Shown piece after piece: positions 16,655-25,729 of a DNA stretch of 32,000 bases (positions are counted from its first letter, which is position 1; each line of letters opens with the position of its first letter). A model generated the notes under the pieces. The model did no database searches. It worked only from the letters and a program-made list of their open reading frames with translations, and was not told the DNA's origin. Origin of the DNA: Candidatus Nitrosopumilus koreensis AR1 (lineage in GTDB: Archaea > Thermoproteota > Nitrososphaeria > Nitrososphaerales > Nitrosopumilaceae); the NCBI RefSeq assembly GCF_000299365.1, contig NC_018655.1:840001-872000 (forward strand). Reading direction: 5' to 3'. The translations under genes and the position numbers were made by a program.

Positions 16655-17652
16655 TTATTCTATTTTAGAGATTTCATAGATTTTTTGCCTAGCATCTCTG
16701 ATTGAGACTTTCTTTTTCACATATCCTTTTTTGAGTAAATGACTTAGTGCAAGTCTAACAGTTCTATCTGGGAGAAGTGTCTTGTTTGCCAAGTCTTTTT
16801 GTGTCAGTGCACCTTCATATTCTAATGTCTTTAATAGTAACTTTGAGCTTGGAGGCATGCTAAGTAATTCTTCTGCCAGATGTACCTTTTTTGCAAGGGC
16901 AGAAATTGCAGTAGAATTTCTTTTTAGACGGATTATTTTTGCAGGTGGAAAAAATTGAGTGCACTCAACAGTCTTGCTAACCTTGTATCTATCCAAACCA
17001 TCAAGAACTACTTCACAGTGTAACCTAGCAGAAATATCATCAATTTCAATAGAGCTGTCATTAGATACTATGATTGGTCGTCTTGTAACATCAAGGGAGT
17101 TTACAGAAATTATTTCAAACACTGCAGAATCCTGAAATAAAACAGGACCGCCTGCAGACATGGAATAAGCTGAAGAGCCAATAGGCGTAGATACAATTAT
17201 GCCATCACTGTTATCGTGCCAGACTTCTTCCCCATTAACACGTAAAGTATGCTCCATCAACATTGCACTTCTAGATGAAAAAACTGCAACGTCATTAAGT
17301 ACAGGGTAAACATTTTTTCCATCAATTTTCACACCAAGTCGAGGAACTTCTTCAACAGTGTACTTTTGTTTTTTGAGAATATTGACATAAGACGAAAATT
17401 CTTTTAGATCAATTTGTGCCAAAAATCCACTTGATTCACCTTCACTGATTCCCAAAATAGGCAATGTCGAATCAAATGTGCGATGAAAGTAGTTTCGAAC
17501 CCCCTTATCGCCGCCCAAAACAATAATGCAATCAGCAGGTTTACTCTTTGATTTTGTAATGGCAAAAGATTTGATGCCAGCATCATCAAGTATTTTTTTA
17601 CAGTCTTAGCTGAATTACTTGTAGTACCAGACCCATAGATGCCTATTTGCAT
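16655..17652 (-). pseudogene. nadK: NAD kinase with C-terminal winged-helix domain; frame broken by a -1 shift at an A7 run (pseudogene, homopolymer error or recoding)
   Basis: ORF 17404..17652 gives MQIGIYGSGTTSNSAKTVKK. The -1 frame continues ILDDAGIKSFAITKSKSKPADCIIVLGGDKGVRNYF and runs into ORF 16655..17518, which carries DGIIVSTPIGSSAYSMSAGGP. The span is 998 nt (3n+2). The T7 run on the + strand is at 17593..17599. Confidence 0.85.
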
Positions 17653-17692
17653 AGAGTAAAGAGTTGATTGGCTTCAATAAAAGAATAATGAA

Positions 17693-18562
17693 TTACAGGT
17701 CTCGGAATTTTACTAAATTATAAAAATAAGAGGCATTATTTTGAATTGTTCCTTTACGAGGTATTTTTTGTAATCCAATATTTTTAGAGTCAAGTGCAGC
17801 CTGTGCAGCACCTCCTGCAAAACATAACGCCCACAAAAAGTCCTTCTCTTTTAGCATAGTGCAACAAAATGCTGCACAAAAAATATCTCCAATCCCAGTT
17901 GTATCATGAATATCTTTGTTAGGTAATGTAATAGAGTACACCTTATCTTTAACTAACATAGACACTTGAGCTTTGTTTGTAAGTAACACATATTCTGCAC
18001 CTTTTTTCTGAAGTGATACCATCATTTCATCATGAGTGCCATTTACAAGTTGTTGAGCTTCTTCTGGATTTACTTTGATTGCACTAACACCAGACAGATC
18101 AATATCATTTTTTTGTAACAAAACATTATTTTGAGAATCTTTTTGTCTAAGAAAGCCTTGAGGATCAACAAATAAAAAATTAGAATCATCTTTAATTTTT
18201 TTTAGCACATCAGCAGAAATTTCATGGTAGATTGGACTAACAAGGTGCCCATCTGCTTTTGTATTAGAATATTCAATTGGCTCACATTCATTTTCAAGTT
18301 TCAAGGTTCTATCAGCACCAGTAATAGATATTGCAAATTTTGTAGTATTTTTCACAGATTCAGAATTTATAAAATTTATTTTGTTATTAGAAAGATATTG
18401 TTTTGGAAAGTCATTTCCAAATTTTGTAAATAAATCAACATCAAATTTGAACTCTCTTGCAGTAAGACCACAATAACATGCGGAGCCGCCAACTTGCTCG
18501 TAATTAGAACTATCAATAGTAATTGTGTCGATAGCACAGTGAGCAAATACAGCTAATTTCAT
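17693..18562 (-). CDS. PfkB-family (ribokinase-like) sugar/nucleoside kinase
   Basis: Has the N-terminal GG motif (VGGSACY) and the C-terminal PfkB signature DTTGIGDIFCAAF. The substrate cannot be inferred. Confidence 0.85.
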   Translation of the reverse strand: MKLAVFAHCAIDTITIDSSNYEQVGGSACYCGLTAREFKFDVDLFTKFGNDFPKQYLSNNKINFINSESVKNTTKFAISITGADRTLKLENECEPIEYSNTKADGHLVSPIYHEISADVLKKIKDDSNFLFVDPQGFLRQKDSQNNVLLQKNDIDLSGVSAIKVNPEEAQQLVNGTHDEMMVSLQKKGAEYVLLTNKAQVSMLVKDKVYSITLPNKDIHDTTGIGDIFCAAFCCTMLKEKDFLWALCFAGGAAQAALDSKNIGLQKIPRKGTIQNNASYFYNLVKFRDL

Positions 18563-18587
18563 TTCTCTTTGTCAAATAATAACAGAT

Positions 18588-18695
18588 TTAGTTTTTTGCA
18601 TTGTTTTTGTCAAAACATTCTTTGCACAAAATTTTGCCTTTGAGGAGGAATAATTCAACTCCAGAGGTAAAACAGCTATGACATAGACCGCGCAT
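18588..18695 (-). CDS. putative 35-aa zinc-ribbon mini-protein
   Basis: Hand translation: MRGLCHSCFTSGVELFLLKGKILCKECFDKNNAKN, with C-x2-C-x17-C-x2-C. Confidence 0.4.
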   Translation of the reverse strand: MRGLCHSCFTSGVELFLLKGKILCKECFDKNNAKN

Positions 18696-18769
18696 GATCT
18701 GTAATGGGAATTGCAATCCCTTGCATTAAAACATGCAGTTGTTTTTATCAAGTTTTAGGAGAAACAGAA

Positions 18770-20017
18770 CTACTTTTTTGGCAAAACGATTGTAAATGTT
18801 GTAGGATTATTTTCAACAGACATTTTACCGCCGTGCTGATTTACTATATTTTTACTGATTCCAAGTCCAAGTCCTGTACCAGTATCTTTTGACGTAAATA
18901 GTGGTTCAAAAATCTTTGATTTTATATCATCAGGAATACCGGGACCAGAATCAATTACTTGTATTGTTACATGATTAGGATTGTCTTCAAGTTTTATCGT
19001 AATGGTTCCTTTCTTTTTTATTGCATCAAAAGAATTTACGACAAGGTTTACAATCATGGCTTGAATTTTTCTACCATCACAAGTTAATGATACATCTTCC
19101 TTAGGAAGTTCAATCTGGATATCAGCAGGCACATTAAGACTTGAAACTGACTCGGATATTATTTTTAGAAGAGAATGTCTTTCCAAATTAAGTTCCTTTG
19201 TTTTTACAAATTCCAACACATCATCAATTATGTAATTCATATCCGCAACAGAGCGTTCAATTCTATTGTATTTGTCTTTAACAGATTGTTCAATACCAGA
19301 ATTCCTTTTCAAAAGTTCAAGATTCATCTTTATCACATGTATAGGGTTTCTCAAATCATGTGCCAATCGAGAAGACATTTGGCCAATTGCATAAAGTTTT
19401 TCTAATTTTTGTAATTTCTTTCCTTCTTTTTGTAAAATTTTAAAAATTGTCAGTATTGTAATGACATAAACAATTCCGTTGAGAATAGGCAAAATTATTT
19501 CCAAACGTTCTTGTTCATAAGATATGTTTTCAAATTCATCAGTAATATTCACAGTTAATGTTTCAGTTACACCAATTAGTTCAGTTTCAAGTGTTTCATG
19601 TTTTGTGAAAAATGATTCATCTAATTCAATTTCTAAGTTTTTTGCATTGATTAGTTCATCTGCCAAATCTTCAAATTGTTTGAATTTCTCTTCAACAGAT
19701 GTCAAATCAGAATTAAAAGATGCAGGTAAAGGAGGCATGTATTCTCCATTCAAATCACCCCCATGTCTCAACAAAGAGATATTTTGACGCATATTATCAT
19801 ATTGTGACAAAAGTTCAGATTTCCCAATATCACCAGACTCAAATTCAGATAACGTGTGTATTGTAAATGCAGTATGAAAGCGATTTTTTCCAGCCACATT
19901 TACAAAATCGGCATAGTTTTTTTGCTCAAGAGAATATGCATACAATATTGAAAAAGTAGAACCAATCAAAATTAATTGAATTAGGACAAGAAAAACGATC
20001 ATGTTTTTTGGGCTCAT
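18770..20017 (-). CDS. sensor histidine kinase (TM - extracytoplasmic helical sensor - TM - HisKA - HATPase_c)
   Basis: H-box SRLAHDLRNPI. N/G boxes NLVVNSFDA and DSGPGIP...GTGLGLGISK. The sensor region has VNVAGKNRF, reminiscent of the PilJ/NarX-type P-box. The start is moved to ATG 20017 (MSPKNMIVFLV...). Confidence 0.85.
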   Translation of the reverse strand: MSPKNMIVFLVLIQLILIGSTFSILYAYSLEQKNYADFVNVAGKNRFHTAFTIHTLSEFESGDIGKSELLSQYDNMRQNISLLRHGGDLNGEYMPPLPASFNSDLTSVEEKFKQFEDLADELINAKNLEIELDESFFTKHETLETELIGVTETLTVNITDEFENISYEQERLEIILPILNGIVYVITILTIFKILQKEGKKLQKLEKLYAIGQMSSRLAHDLRNPIHVIKMNLELLKRNSGIEQSVKDKYNRIERSVADMNYIIDDVLEFVKTKELNLERHSLLKIISESVSSLNVPADIQIELPKEDVSLTCDGRKIQAMIVNLVVNSFDAIKKKGTITIKLEDNPNHVTIQVIDSGPGIPDDIKSKIFEPLFTSKDTGTGLGLGISKNIVNQHGGKMSVENNPTTFTIVLPKK

Positions 20018-20120
20018 GATAATCGTATTTTCGTAACCACTATAAAACAAGGCAGTCCTATGAGAAACACGCAATAGATTTTTGAAAACCTAGTCAAAAA
20101 ATGAAATAGACGCCATCAAG

Positions 20121-20128
20121 AATATAAA
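20121..20128 (+). promoter_or_regulatory. TATA-like box for a (near-)leaderless eS26 transcript
   Basis: AATATAAA is centred about 25 nt upstream of the ATG at 20150, matching the usual archaeal TATA-to-TSS spacing. Confidence 0.4.
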
Positions 20129-20149
20129 GAGGCAAATCAGCTTACGTGC

Positions 20150-20437
20150 ATGCCACTTAAGCGCGCAAGTAGAGGTCGTACAAAAGGAGGAAAAGGATCC
20201 TCAGGTGTTGTACAATGTACAAACTGCGGACAAACAGTCCCAAAAGACAAGGCAAAAAAAGTCACATCTAGATTAAATCTAGTTGAACACACATTAGCAA
20301 AAGAACTACGAGCTCAAGGAGCATATATTGCATCACCCACAGTTCTAAAATGGTATTGCATATCATGTGCAATTCACTTTAAGATTCTAAAAATTAGATC
20401 TGCAGATAATAGAAGAAAACGTGGAAAGCTACGATAG
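20150..20437 (+). CDS. rps26e: 30S ribosomal protein eS26
   Basis: KRASRGRTKGGKG...VQCTNCGQTVPKDKA...YCISCAIH is the typical S26e zinc-ribbon sequence. Confidence 0.95.
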   Translation: MPLKRASRGRTKGGKGSSGVVQCTNCGQTVPKDKAKKVTSRLNLVEHTLAKELRAQGAYIASPTVLKWYCISCAIHFKILKIRSADNRRKRGKLR

Positions 20438-20439
20438 TA

Positions 20440-21015
20440 TTATTCTTGGATGTTTTTTGCAGTAACAATCATTCTTTGAATTAATGTTATTGCTGCAATA
20501 ATTACAACAATGATTACTGCAATTTCCATAAATCCAATAATTCCAATAATTGCAATCACAAGCAATCGTTCTGCTCTTTCTCCAATTCCAACACCTTGTA
20601 GTTTTACATTTATTGCATCAGATTTTGCTCTAGCATAACTTACCAGTAATGATAAAGTTATTGCAAGCAATACCAAATAAGGTTCTGCATATCCACCAAC
20701 AAGAATTCCTAAAAATATTGCAGTCTCTGCAATTTTGTCAAACATGGAATCAAGATACGAGCCTTTCTGAGACGTTTTTCCAGTAACTCGTGCCACTTGT
20801 CCATCTACCATATCAAAGAATCCTGAAACAAGTAACAAAATTCCACCAACAACTAAGGATGTTATTCCAATTCCAAGTCCATAGACTATTGCAGAAAGGA
20901 ATGCAATTGCCAACCCTGCTGCAGTCCAAAAGTTTGGGGACAATCCAGTGGATGCAAATCCTTTACCAATTTTTTCAAGTGTTGGTTTGAGAGATTCTCG
21001 GAGATTATTTAACAC
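20440..21015 (-). CDS. CDP-alcohol phosphatidyltransferase (archaeal polar-lipid head-group transferase)
   Basis: Signature D-G-x2-A-R-x8-G-x3-D-x3-D in DMVDGQVARVTGKTSQKGSYLDSMFDKIAE. Multiple TM helices. GTG start. Confidence 0.85.
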   Translation of the reverse strand: MLNNLRESLKPTLEKIGKGFASTGLSPNFWTAAGLAIAFLSAIVYGLGIGITSLVVGGILLLVSGFFDMVDGQVARVTGKTSQKGSYLDSMFDKIAETAIFLGILVGGYAEPYLVLLAITLSLLVSYARAKSDAINVKLQGVGIGERAERLLVIAIIGIIGFMEIAVIIVVIIAAITLIQRMIVTAKNIQE

Positions 21016-21099
21016 GTGATAACCCCAGCAACACTAGCTAATAAAGTGAATAGGAATAAAATCAATGTGAAAAGTGGTCAATTTTTTGAAATTTGTAGT

Positions 21100-21975
21100 T
21101 TATTTGTTATGAGACAGATTAATTGCGATAAGCGTAGACATTATCTTTGCTGCAAGAGAAGCAGTTGCACCATTATCATGATATGGATTTAGCTCTACAA
21201 TATCTACGCCAGTCACCTTGGTTTCTTGAAGAGAGTAAATCATGTCAAAGAGTTCTCTGGATGTTATTCCTGTAGCTTCAGGATTTCCAACTCCAGGTGC
21301 AAATGCTGGATCAAGTACATCAAGATCAAAACTAGAATAAATCATGTCAAAAGTAGAAACATGATCTTTTAGTAATTGAGGGCCTTTTCCATCACGGATT
21401 TCCTTATCGGTAATAGTTTTGATTTTATGTTCGGTTAAAAATTCCAGTTCTTCTTTAACAAATGCACGTGCTCCAACATGTAGAATGTTTTGAGCACCTC
21501 TTTCTTCAACAATTCGTCTAAGATAAGATGCATGACTAAGTTTGATATCAGCAAACTCATCTCTCAAGTCATAATGGGCATCAAATACAACATAACCAGT
21601 TTCTTTTGGAAAACTAGTGTATGTTCCATAAGTTATAGAGTGCTCACCTCCCAGAATAAACAACTGGCGTTTTTTTGCAACAAGTTCAGCGGTAATTTTT
21701 TTTACCATGTCAATCATTTCAGATGCGACAACAGTATGACGGGTATTTCCCAGATCTTCAATGTTTACAGTTTCTAAATCCACAGATAGTTCAGGATGAA
21801 ATATCTCAATGTTGTTAAAAGAATCTCTGATTGAATCAGGACCAAATCTACAACCAGGTTTGTAAGAATGAGTTGCATCAAATGGAATGCCAAAGACAGT
21901 TGCTACAGGTTCAGAGTCATCATCCGAAGCAGTTATCAGGGGATTTTTGTTCATGTATAAATCAAGAAAACTCAT
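21100..21975 (-). CDS. speB: agmatinase (ureohydrolase/arginase family)
   Basis: Mn-binding motifs GGEHSITY, DAHYDLR and SFDLDVLDPAFAPG. The start lies 3 nt after the thrS stop. Confidence 0.9.
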   Translation of the reverse strand: MSFLDLYMNKNPLITASDDDSEPVATVFGIPFDATHSYKPGCRFGPDSIRDSFNNIEIFHPELSVDLETVNIEDLGNTRHTVVASEMIDMVKKITAELVAKKRQLFILGGEHSITYGTYTSFPKETGYVVFDAHYDLRDEFADIKLSHASYLRRIVEERGAQNILHVGARAFVKEELEFLTEHKIKTITDKEIRDGKGPQLLKDHVSTFDMIYSSFDLDVLDPAFAPGVGNPEATGITSRELFDMIYSLQETKVTGVDIVELNPYHDNGATASLAAKIMSTLIAINLSHNK

Positions 21976-21978
21976 AGC

Positions 21979-23844
21979 CTACACCATCAACTGAGGTCTT
22001 TTTGAAAGATGTACTGATTGATTCAATCCGGTAAAGGGTTTGTCTGAAGTTTGTTTGTTAATTTCATTCATAAAATCACCAAAAGACAACTCTCTGACAT
22101 TTCCTGTCTGCCTATCACGAATGCTAAGATGCTCAGAACCTGCCTCTTTTTCGCCGATTACTAGAATGTATTGAATCCATTCTTTTTCTGCTTCACGTAT
22201 TCTTTTTCCAATGCTTTCATTTCTGTCATCAACATCTACACGTACATTTTGTGCAGAGATTTTGTTACATAGATTTTCACAAAAATCATAAAATTCTTCT
22301 TTTAATGGAATAATTCTAACTTGGGTAGGCGCAAGCCATAATGGAAATTGTGGTTTTTTACCTTTCTTTGAGTCATCAGCTGCCTTTTCCAACAAGGCAT
22401 AGATTATGCGTTCAATTGCACCGCTTGGAGAGTTGTGCAAAATGATTGGATTTTGTGCAGTGTTATTCTCATCGATAAATTCTATCCCATATCGTTTACC
22501 ATTTTCAACATCTATTTGATCTGTAGATAATGCAGATGCTTTTCCTAAATTATCAATAAAATTGAATTCCCATTTTAAAACAAAATAAAAGAATTTTTCT
22601 TTCCACATTTCAACAAGTACGGGTCTTCCATGTTTTTTGACAAGTTCTTCGATTGAAGATTTATTTTCATTGTAAAAATCTTCAGTAAATCGAATTGCCA
22701 TGTCATAATCAGAATCATCTATTCCCAATTCTTTCAGAACACTTTGAGACAAATCAAATCTAACCTTTATCTCATCTATGGCTTGTGGAATATCTTTACA
22801 AAATGCATGGCAATCAGGCATTGTGAATGCACGAAGTCTTCTCAATCCAACTAGTTCACCTGATTGTTCACGTCTAAAGCTGTATCTCGTGAGCTCATAT
22901 AGCCTGTAAGGCAGATTTTTGTATGACATTTGAAAGTGATTTGCCATTAAAAATTGTCCAAAGCATGCTGCAAATCTCAAAAAAAGTTTCTTTCCCTCTG
23001 AATTAATATTGTATTGTCTTGCAGGAAATCGATTAAAGTAACTAACCATACTTGGGTGTTCGGAATCATACATAATTGGAGTTTCAACTTCATAACCGCC
23101 ATACTCCTTTACACGGTCAGTGACATACCTTTCAATTAGTGATTTTATTAAACGACCATTTGGAAAAAATCTCATGTTTCCCGAATCAGAAGCAGGTTCA
23201 TAATCTGCAATTGCAAGTTTTTTCATCAATGCAACATGAGGAGGAGGTTCATCAACCTGACGTTGTTTTGCAGATTCATATTTTGCCAATATTTCTAATT
23301 TCTTGTGATTAGAAAAATCAAAGTCACCAATGTTTGTCATTGTTCCATCAGGAGACATTATTTTCCAATAAGAGCGAATAGTAGATTCCCCTTTTAGTGC
23401 ATCTGATGTAACTTCCTCATCTTTAGAAGATGCAGAATCTTTTGTTACAACTTTGGAGCTTTCAGCTAGAGGGTGTCCTTTAACTTGCACTTTGTAAGAC
23501 TTTGTCCAACCAAAAGGAGAATGAGAAACTTCAAGATCTGATGCTCCATCTTCCATTTCCAGTAACAAAGACATTGCAATAGAGGGTTTTGCAAGATTTG
23601 AGCTAAGATGAGCATAAGGATATAACAATAATTTCTTGCACCCAATTTTTTCCATTGAGTTTTTTATCTGAGATATTGCGTTTTTTGCAACAGACGAATC
23701 ATCACCATCTTCAATTGCAACAAATGCAACTACAATCTCTTCAAATCTTTGAGTTTGAGGGTTTTCAATTTCCTCAGCTGATTTGATCTCCTTTTTTGTA
23801 GGAGTATACTCTATACTATCACAGTGTAATTGCAATATTCGCAT
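21979..23844 (-). CDS. thrS: threonyl-tRNA synthetase with N-terminal archaeal-type editing domain
   Basis: Class II core (FRREQSGELVGLRRLRAFTMPDCH, motif 3 region) and a C-terminal anticodon-binding domain. The N-terminal roughly 140 aa resembles the archaeal ThrRS editing domain (YPYAHLSS). The start is moved to ATG 23844 (MRILQLH). Confidence 0.95.
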   Translation of the reverse strand: MRILQLHCDSIEYTPTKKEIKSAEEIENPQTQRFEEIVVAFVAIEDGDDSSVAKNAISQIKNSMEKIGCKKLLLYPYAHLSSNLAKPSIAMSLLLEMEDGASDLEVSHSPFGWTKSYKVQVKGHPLAESSKVVTKDSASSKDEEVTSDALKGESTIRSYWKIMSPDGTMTNIGDFDFSNHKKLEILAKYESAKQRQVDEPPPHVALMKKLAIADYEPASDSGNMRFFPNGRLIKSLIERYVTDRVKEYGGYEVETPIMYDSEHPSMVSYFNRFPARQYNINSEGKKLFLRFAACFGQFLMANHFQMSYKNLPYRLYELTRYSFRREQSGELVGLRRLRAFTMPDCHAFCKDIPQAIDEIKVRFDLSQSVLKELGIDDSDYDMAIRFTEDFYNENKSSIEELVKKHGRPVLVEMWKEKFFYFVLKWEFNFIDNLGKASALSTDQIDVENGKRYGIEFIDENNTAQNPIILHNSPSGAIERIIYALLEKAADDSKKGKKPQFPLWLAPTQVRIIPLKEEFYDFCENLCNKISAQNVRVDVDDRNESIGKRIREAEKEWIQYILVIGEKEAGSEHLSIRDRQTGNVRELSFGDFMNEINKQTSDKPFTGLNQSVHLSKRPQLMV

Positions 23845-23900
23845 AATTTCAAACAGAAAAGACAATTGAAATAAGTGTTTGCTGAAATGCCAGAATTTTT

Positions 23901-24254
23901 TTAAGACATTTTATCACGTAATGAAATCACTGAGCGTAAAATAAGTCCAGATATGCCTAGATTGGAGGTAAGAAATTCCGATGCCCTTTTCAAAGAGTCT
24001 GCTCCACGATACCCTTCATCATAAATCATCTCCACCGTACCTTTGTCGGTCTCCACAAAAGAAGTGATCAGAGAAAAATCCCCTAAATGTTCATCAGTCC
24101 TTTCAACATACAGACGCAACTCTACTTTTAGAATCTTAAACTCGTCTTGCATGAAACTTCCTGAAGAAAATAAAACTTTAGTCTCATCAGGTATCCTGTT
24201 CACTCTCTTTGGATCATGCAAATCAACAACATTCAAGATATTTTCAATATGCAA
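23901..24254 (-). CDS. hypothetical protein (117 aa)
   Basis: ATG ORF. The overlapping + ORF 24043..24258 is judged the shadow. No domain recognised. Confidence 0.65.
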   Translation of the reverse strand: MHIENILNVVDLHDPKRVNRIPDETKVLFSSGSFMQDEFKILKVELRLYVERTDEHLGDFSLITSFVETDKGTVEMIYDEGYRGADSLKRASEFLTSNLGISGLILRSVISLRDKMS

Positions 24255-24311
24255 ATGATAGTTTAAAGTTTAGTCGCAAGTATTATTTACTCTGAGAAAC
24301 TGTCAGTAAAA

Positions 24312-25373
24312 ATGGACCATCACAATTTCCATGGAAAAAATATTCCTCATATTGAATTGAAACCCAATATGAAGATTGAAGATATTGTAGAGGTCTATGC
24401 TCAATCAGGATATAACGGGAGGCAATTAGGAGAAGCTGCAAAACTTTTTGCAAAAATGATAGATGAAGGAGCCACAATTTGTTTAACTATTGCAGGGGCA
24501 ATGACACCAGTAGGATTTGGAGGAATCTTCAAATCATTAATTGAGAGAGGGTTTGTAGACTGGATTATCACAACAGGAGCTAATGTATATCATGAAGATC
24601 ATTTTGCACACAAATTACCTGTAAAACAAGGACATTTTGATGTGGATGACATGATTCTGTATGAAAAAGGAATTGTAAGAATTCGTGATGTGTATATTGA
24701 TTTTGAAAAAACAATGAAGGCAGAAGACAAAATAATGCAAGACATGTTTAAAGAAAAATTTATTGAAAAATCATTCACTAGTGCAGAACTGTGTAATTTC
24801 ATAGGAAAAATGACTCAAGAAAAAGCTAAAGATCCAGAAAAAAGTTTCTTAGCATCAGCATACAAGTATGATGTTCCAGTATACATTTCAACGATTGGAG
24901 ACTCGTCAATTGCTATGAATTTAGCAGTACATAGATTACGTGGCAAAAAATACAATTTTGATTTTGTTAAAGAATTATTAGAACAAGCTGCAATTCTATA
25001 CAACTCAAAAAAATCAGGAATTTTGGAATTGGGGGGAGGAGTTCCAAAGAACACAGCTCAGCAAACAGGACCCACACTAGACCAGATTCTAAACAGAGAT
25101 GACGGAGGGCAAGATTACATTATACAAATTACTGATGCTAGACCAGACACAGGAGGTCTTTCAGGGGCAACATTACAAGAAGGAAAGAGTTGGGGAAAAG
25201 TTCAAGATGCACATGAAGATGTAATTACTGTCTATGCAGATGCAACAATTGCATTTCCGATTCTGGCATTATATGCAATTAGCACACAAAAAAGAAGAAA
25301 ACCAAAAAGAATTTTCAAACACCTGGACAAATTCTATAAAAAATTAGAGTCAGATTATTTGAATAACAAGTAA
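24312..25373 (+). CDS. dys: deoxyhypusine synthase
   Basis: GYNGRQLGEA, LTIAGAMTPVG, ITTGANVYHED and SWGK at the active-site lysine region. A TATA-like TATTATTTA lies about 27 nt upstream of the ATG. Confidence 0.95.
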   Translation: MDHHNFHGKNIPHIELKPNMKIEDIVEVYAQSGYNGRQLGEAAKLFAKMIDEGATICLTIAGAMTPVGFGGIFKSLIERGFVDWIITTGANVYHEDHFAHKLPVKQGHFDVDDMILYEKGIVRIRDVYIDFEKTMKAEDKIMQDMFKEKFIEKSFTSAELCNFIGKMTQEKAKDPEKSFLASAYKYDVPVYISTIGDSSIAMNLAVHRLRGKKYNFDFVKELLEQAAILYNSKKSGILELGGGVPKNTAQQTGPTLDQILNRDDGGQDYIIQITDARPDTGGLSGATLQEGKSWGKVQDAHEDVITVYADATIAFPILALYAISTQKRRKPKRIFKHLDKFYKKLESDYLNNK

Positions 25374-25415
25374 TCACTTCAAAGTGCTAGAAATTATCAG
25401 TATTTTTCTATTAGG

Positions 25416-25628
25416 CTAAAATCTGTCAAATCTTGCACGTTCAAGTTCACGGTCATCTTTAGATTCTTTTTTGTATTCTTTGTAATGCTCCTTGCAAAGA
25501 ACTGTTTTTTTGCCTGTCGAATTTACTCGCAATCCGGCATTTTCAACTTTGGTTGTATTTAGTGAACGGGCCCCATCTTTGTCACATCCATCAACATTAC
25601 ATTTTGCGCCTTTTGACACTACACCCAT
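25416..25628 (-). CDS. small Cys/His (zinc-binding?) protein, 70 aa
   Basis: C-x4-C (CNVDGC) ... C-x2-H (CKEH), with a basic/acidic C-terminal tail. No family recognised. Confidence 0.6.
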   Translation of the reverse strand: MGVVSKGAKCNVDGCDKDGARSLNTTKVENAGLRVNSTGKKTVLCKEHYKEYKKESKDDRELERARFDRF

Positions 25629-25729
25629 ACAATCTCATATCCAATATGTTATTTATATTTGAAAATTTTAGAGGTGAGAACGAAATCATATCTCCATCGT
25701 TTATAAGAGGAATATTTTTTTCACAGTTT

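Noticed and set aside
17404-17652. Treating the 82-aa ORF as an independent gene
   Set aside because: Only its first roughly 20 residues are protein-like. They join seamlessly, after a -1 shift, to the NAD kinase body, and the remainder is off-frame read-through.
23901-24254. 117-aa ORF as a pyruvoyl SAM/arginine decarboxylase (suggested by the polyamine context)
   Set aside because: There is no resemblance to SpeH/PdaD sequences, and the self-cleavage (E/S)-S-H type motif does not appear in the right context.
25553-25729. Upstream extension of the eS25 ORF (162-aa version)
   Set aside because: The extension overlaps the 70-aa gene on the opposite strand and its promoter region. It is not conserved-looking, and MGGAKK at 25730 gives a typical eS25.
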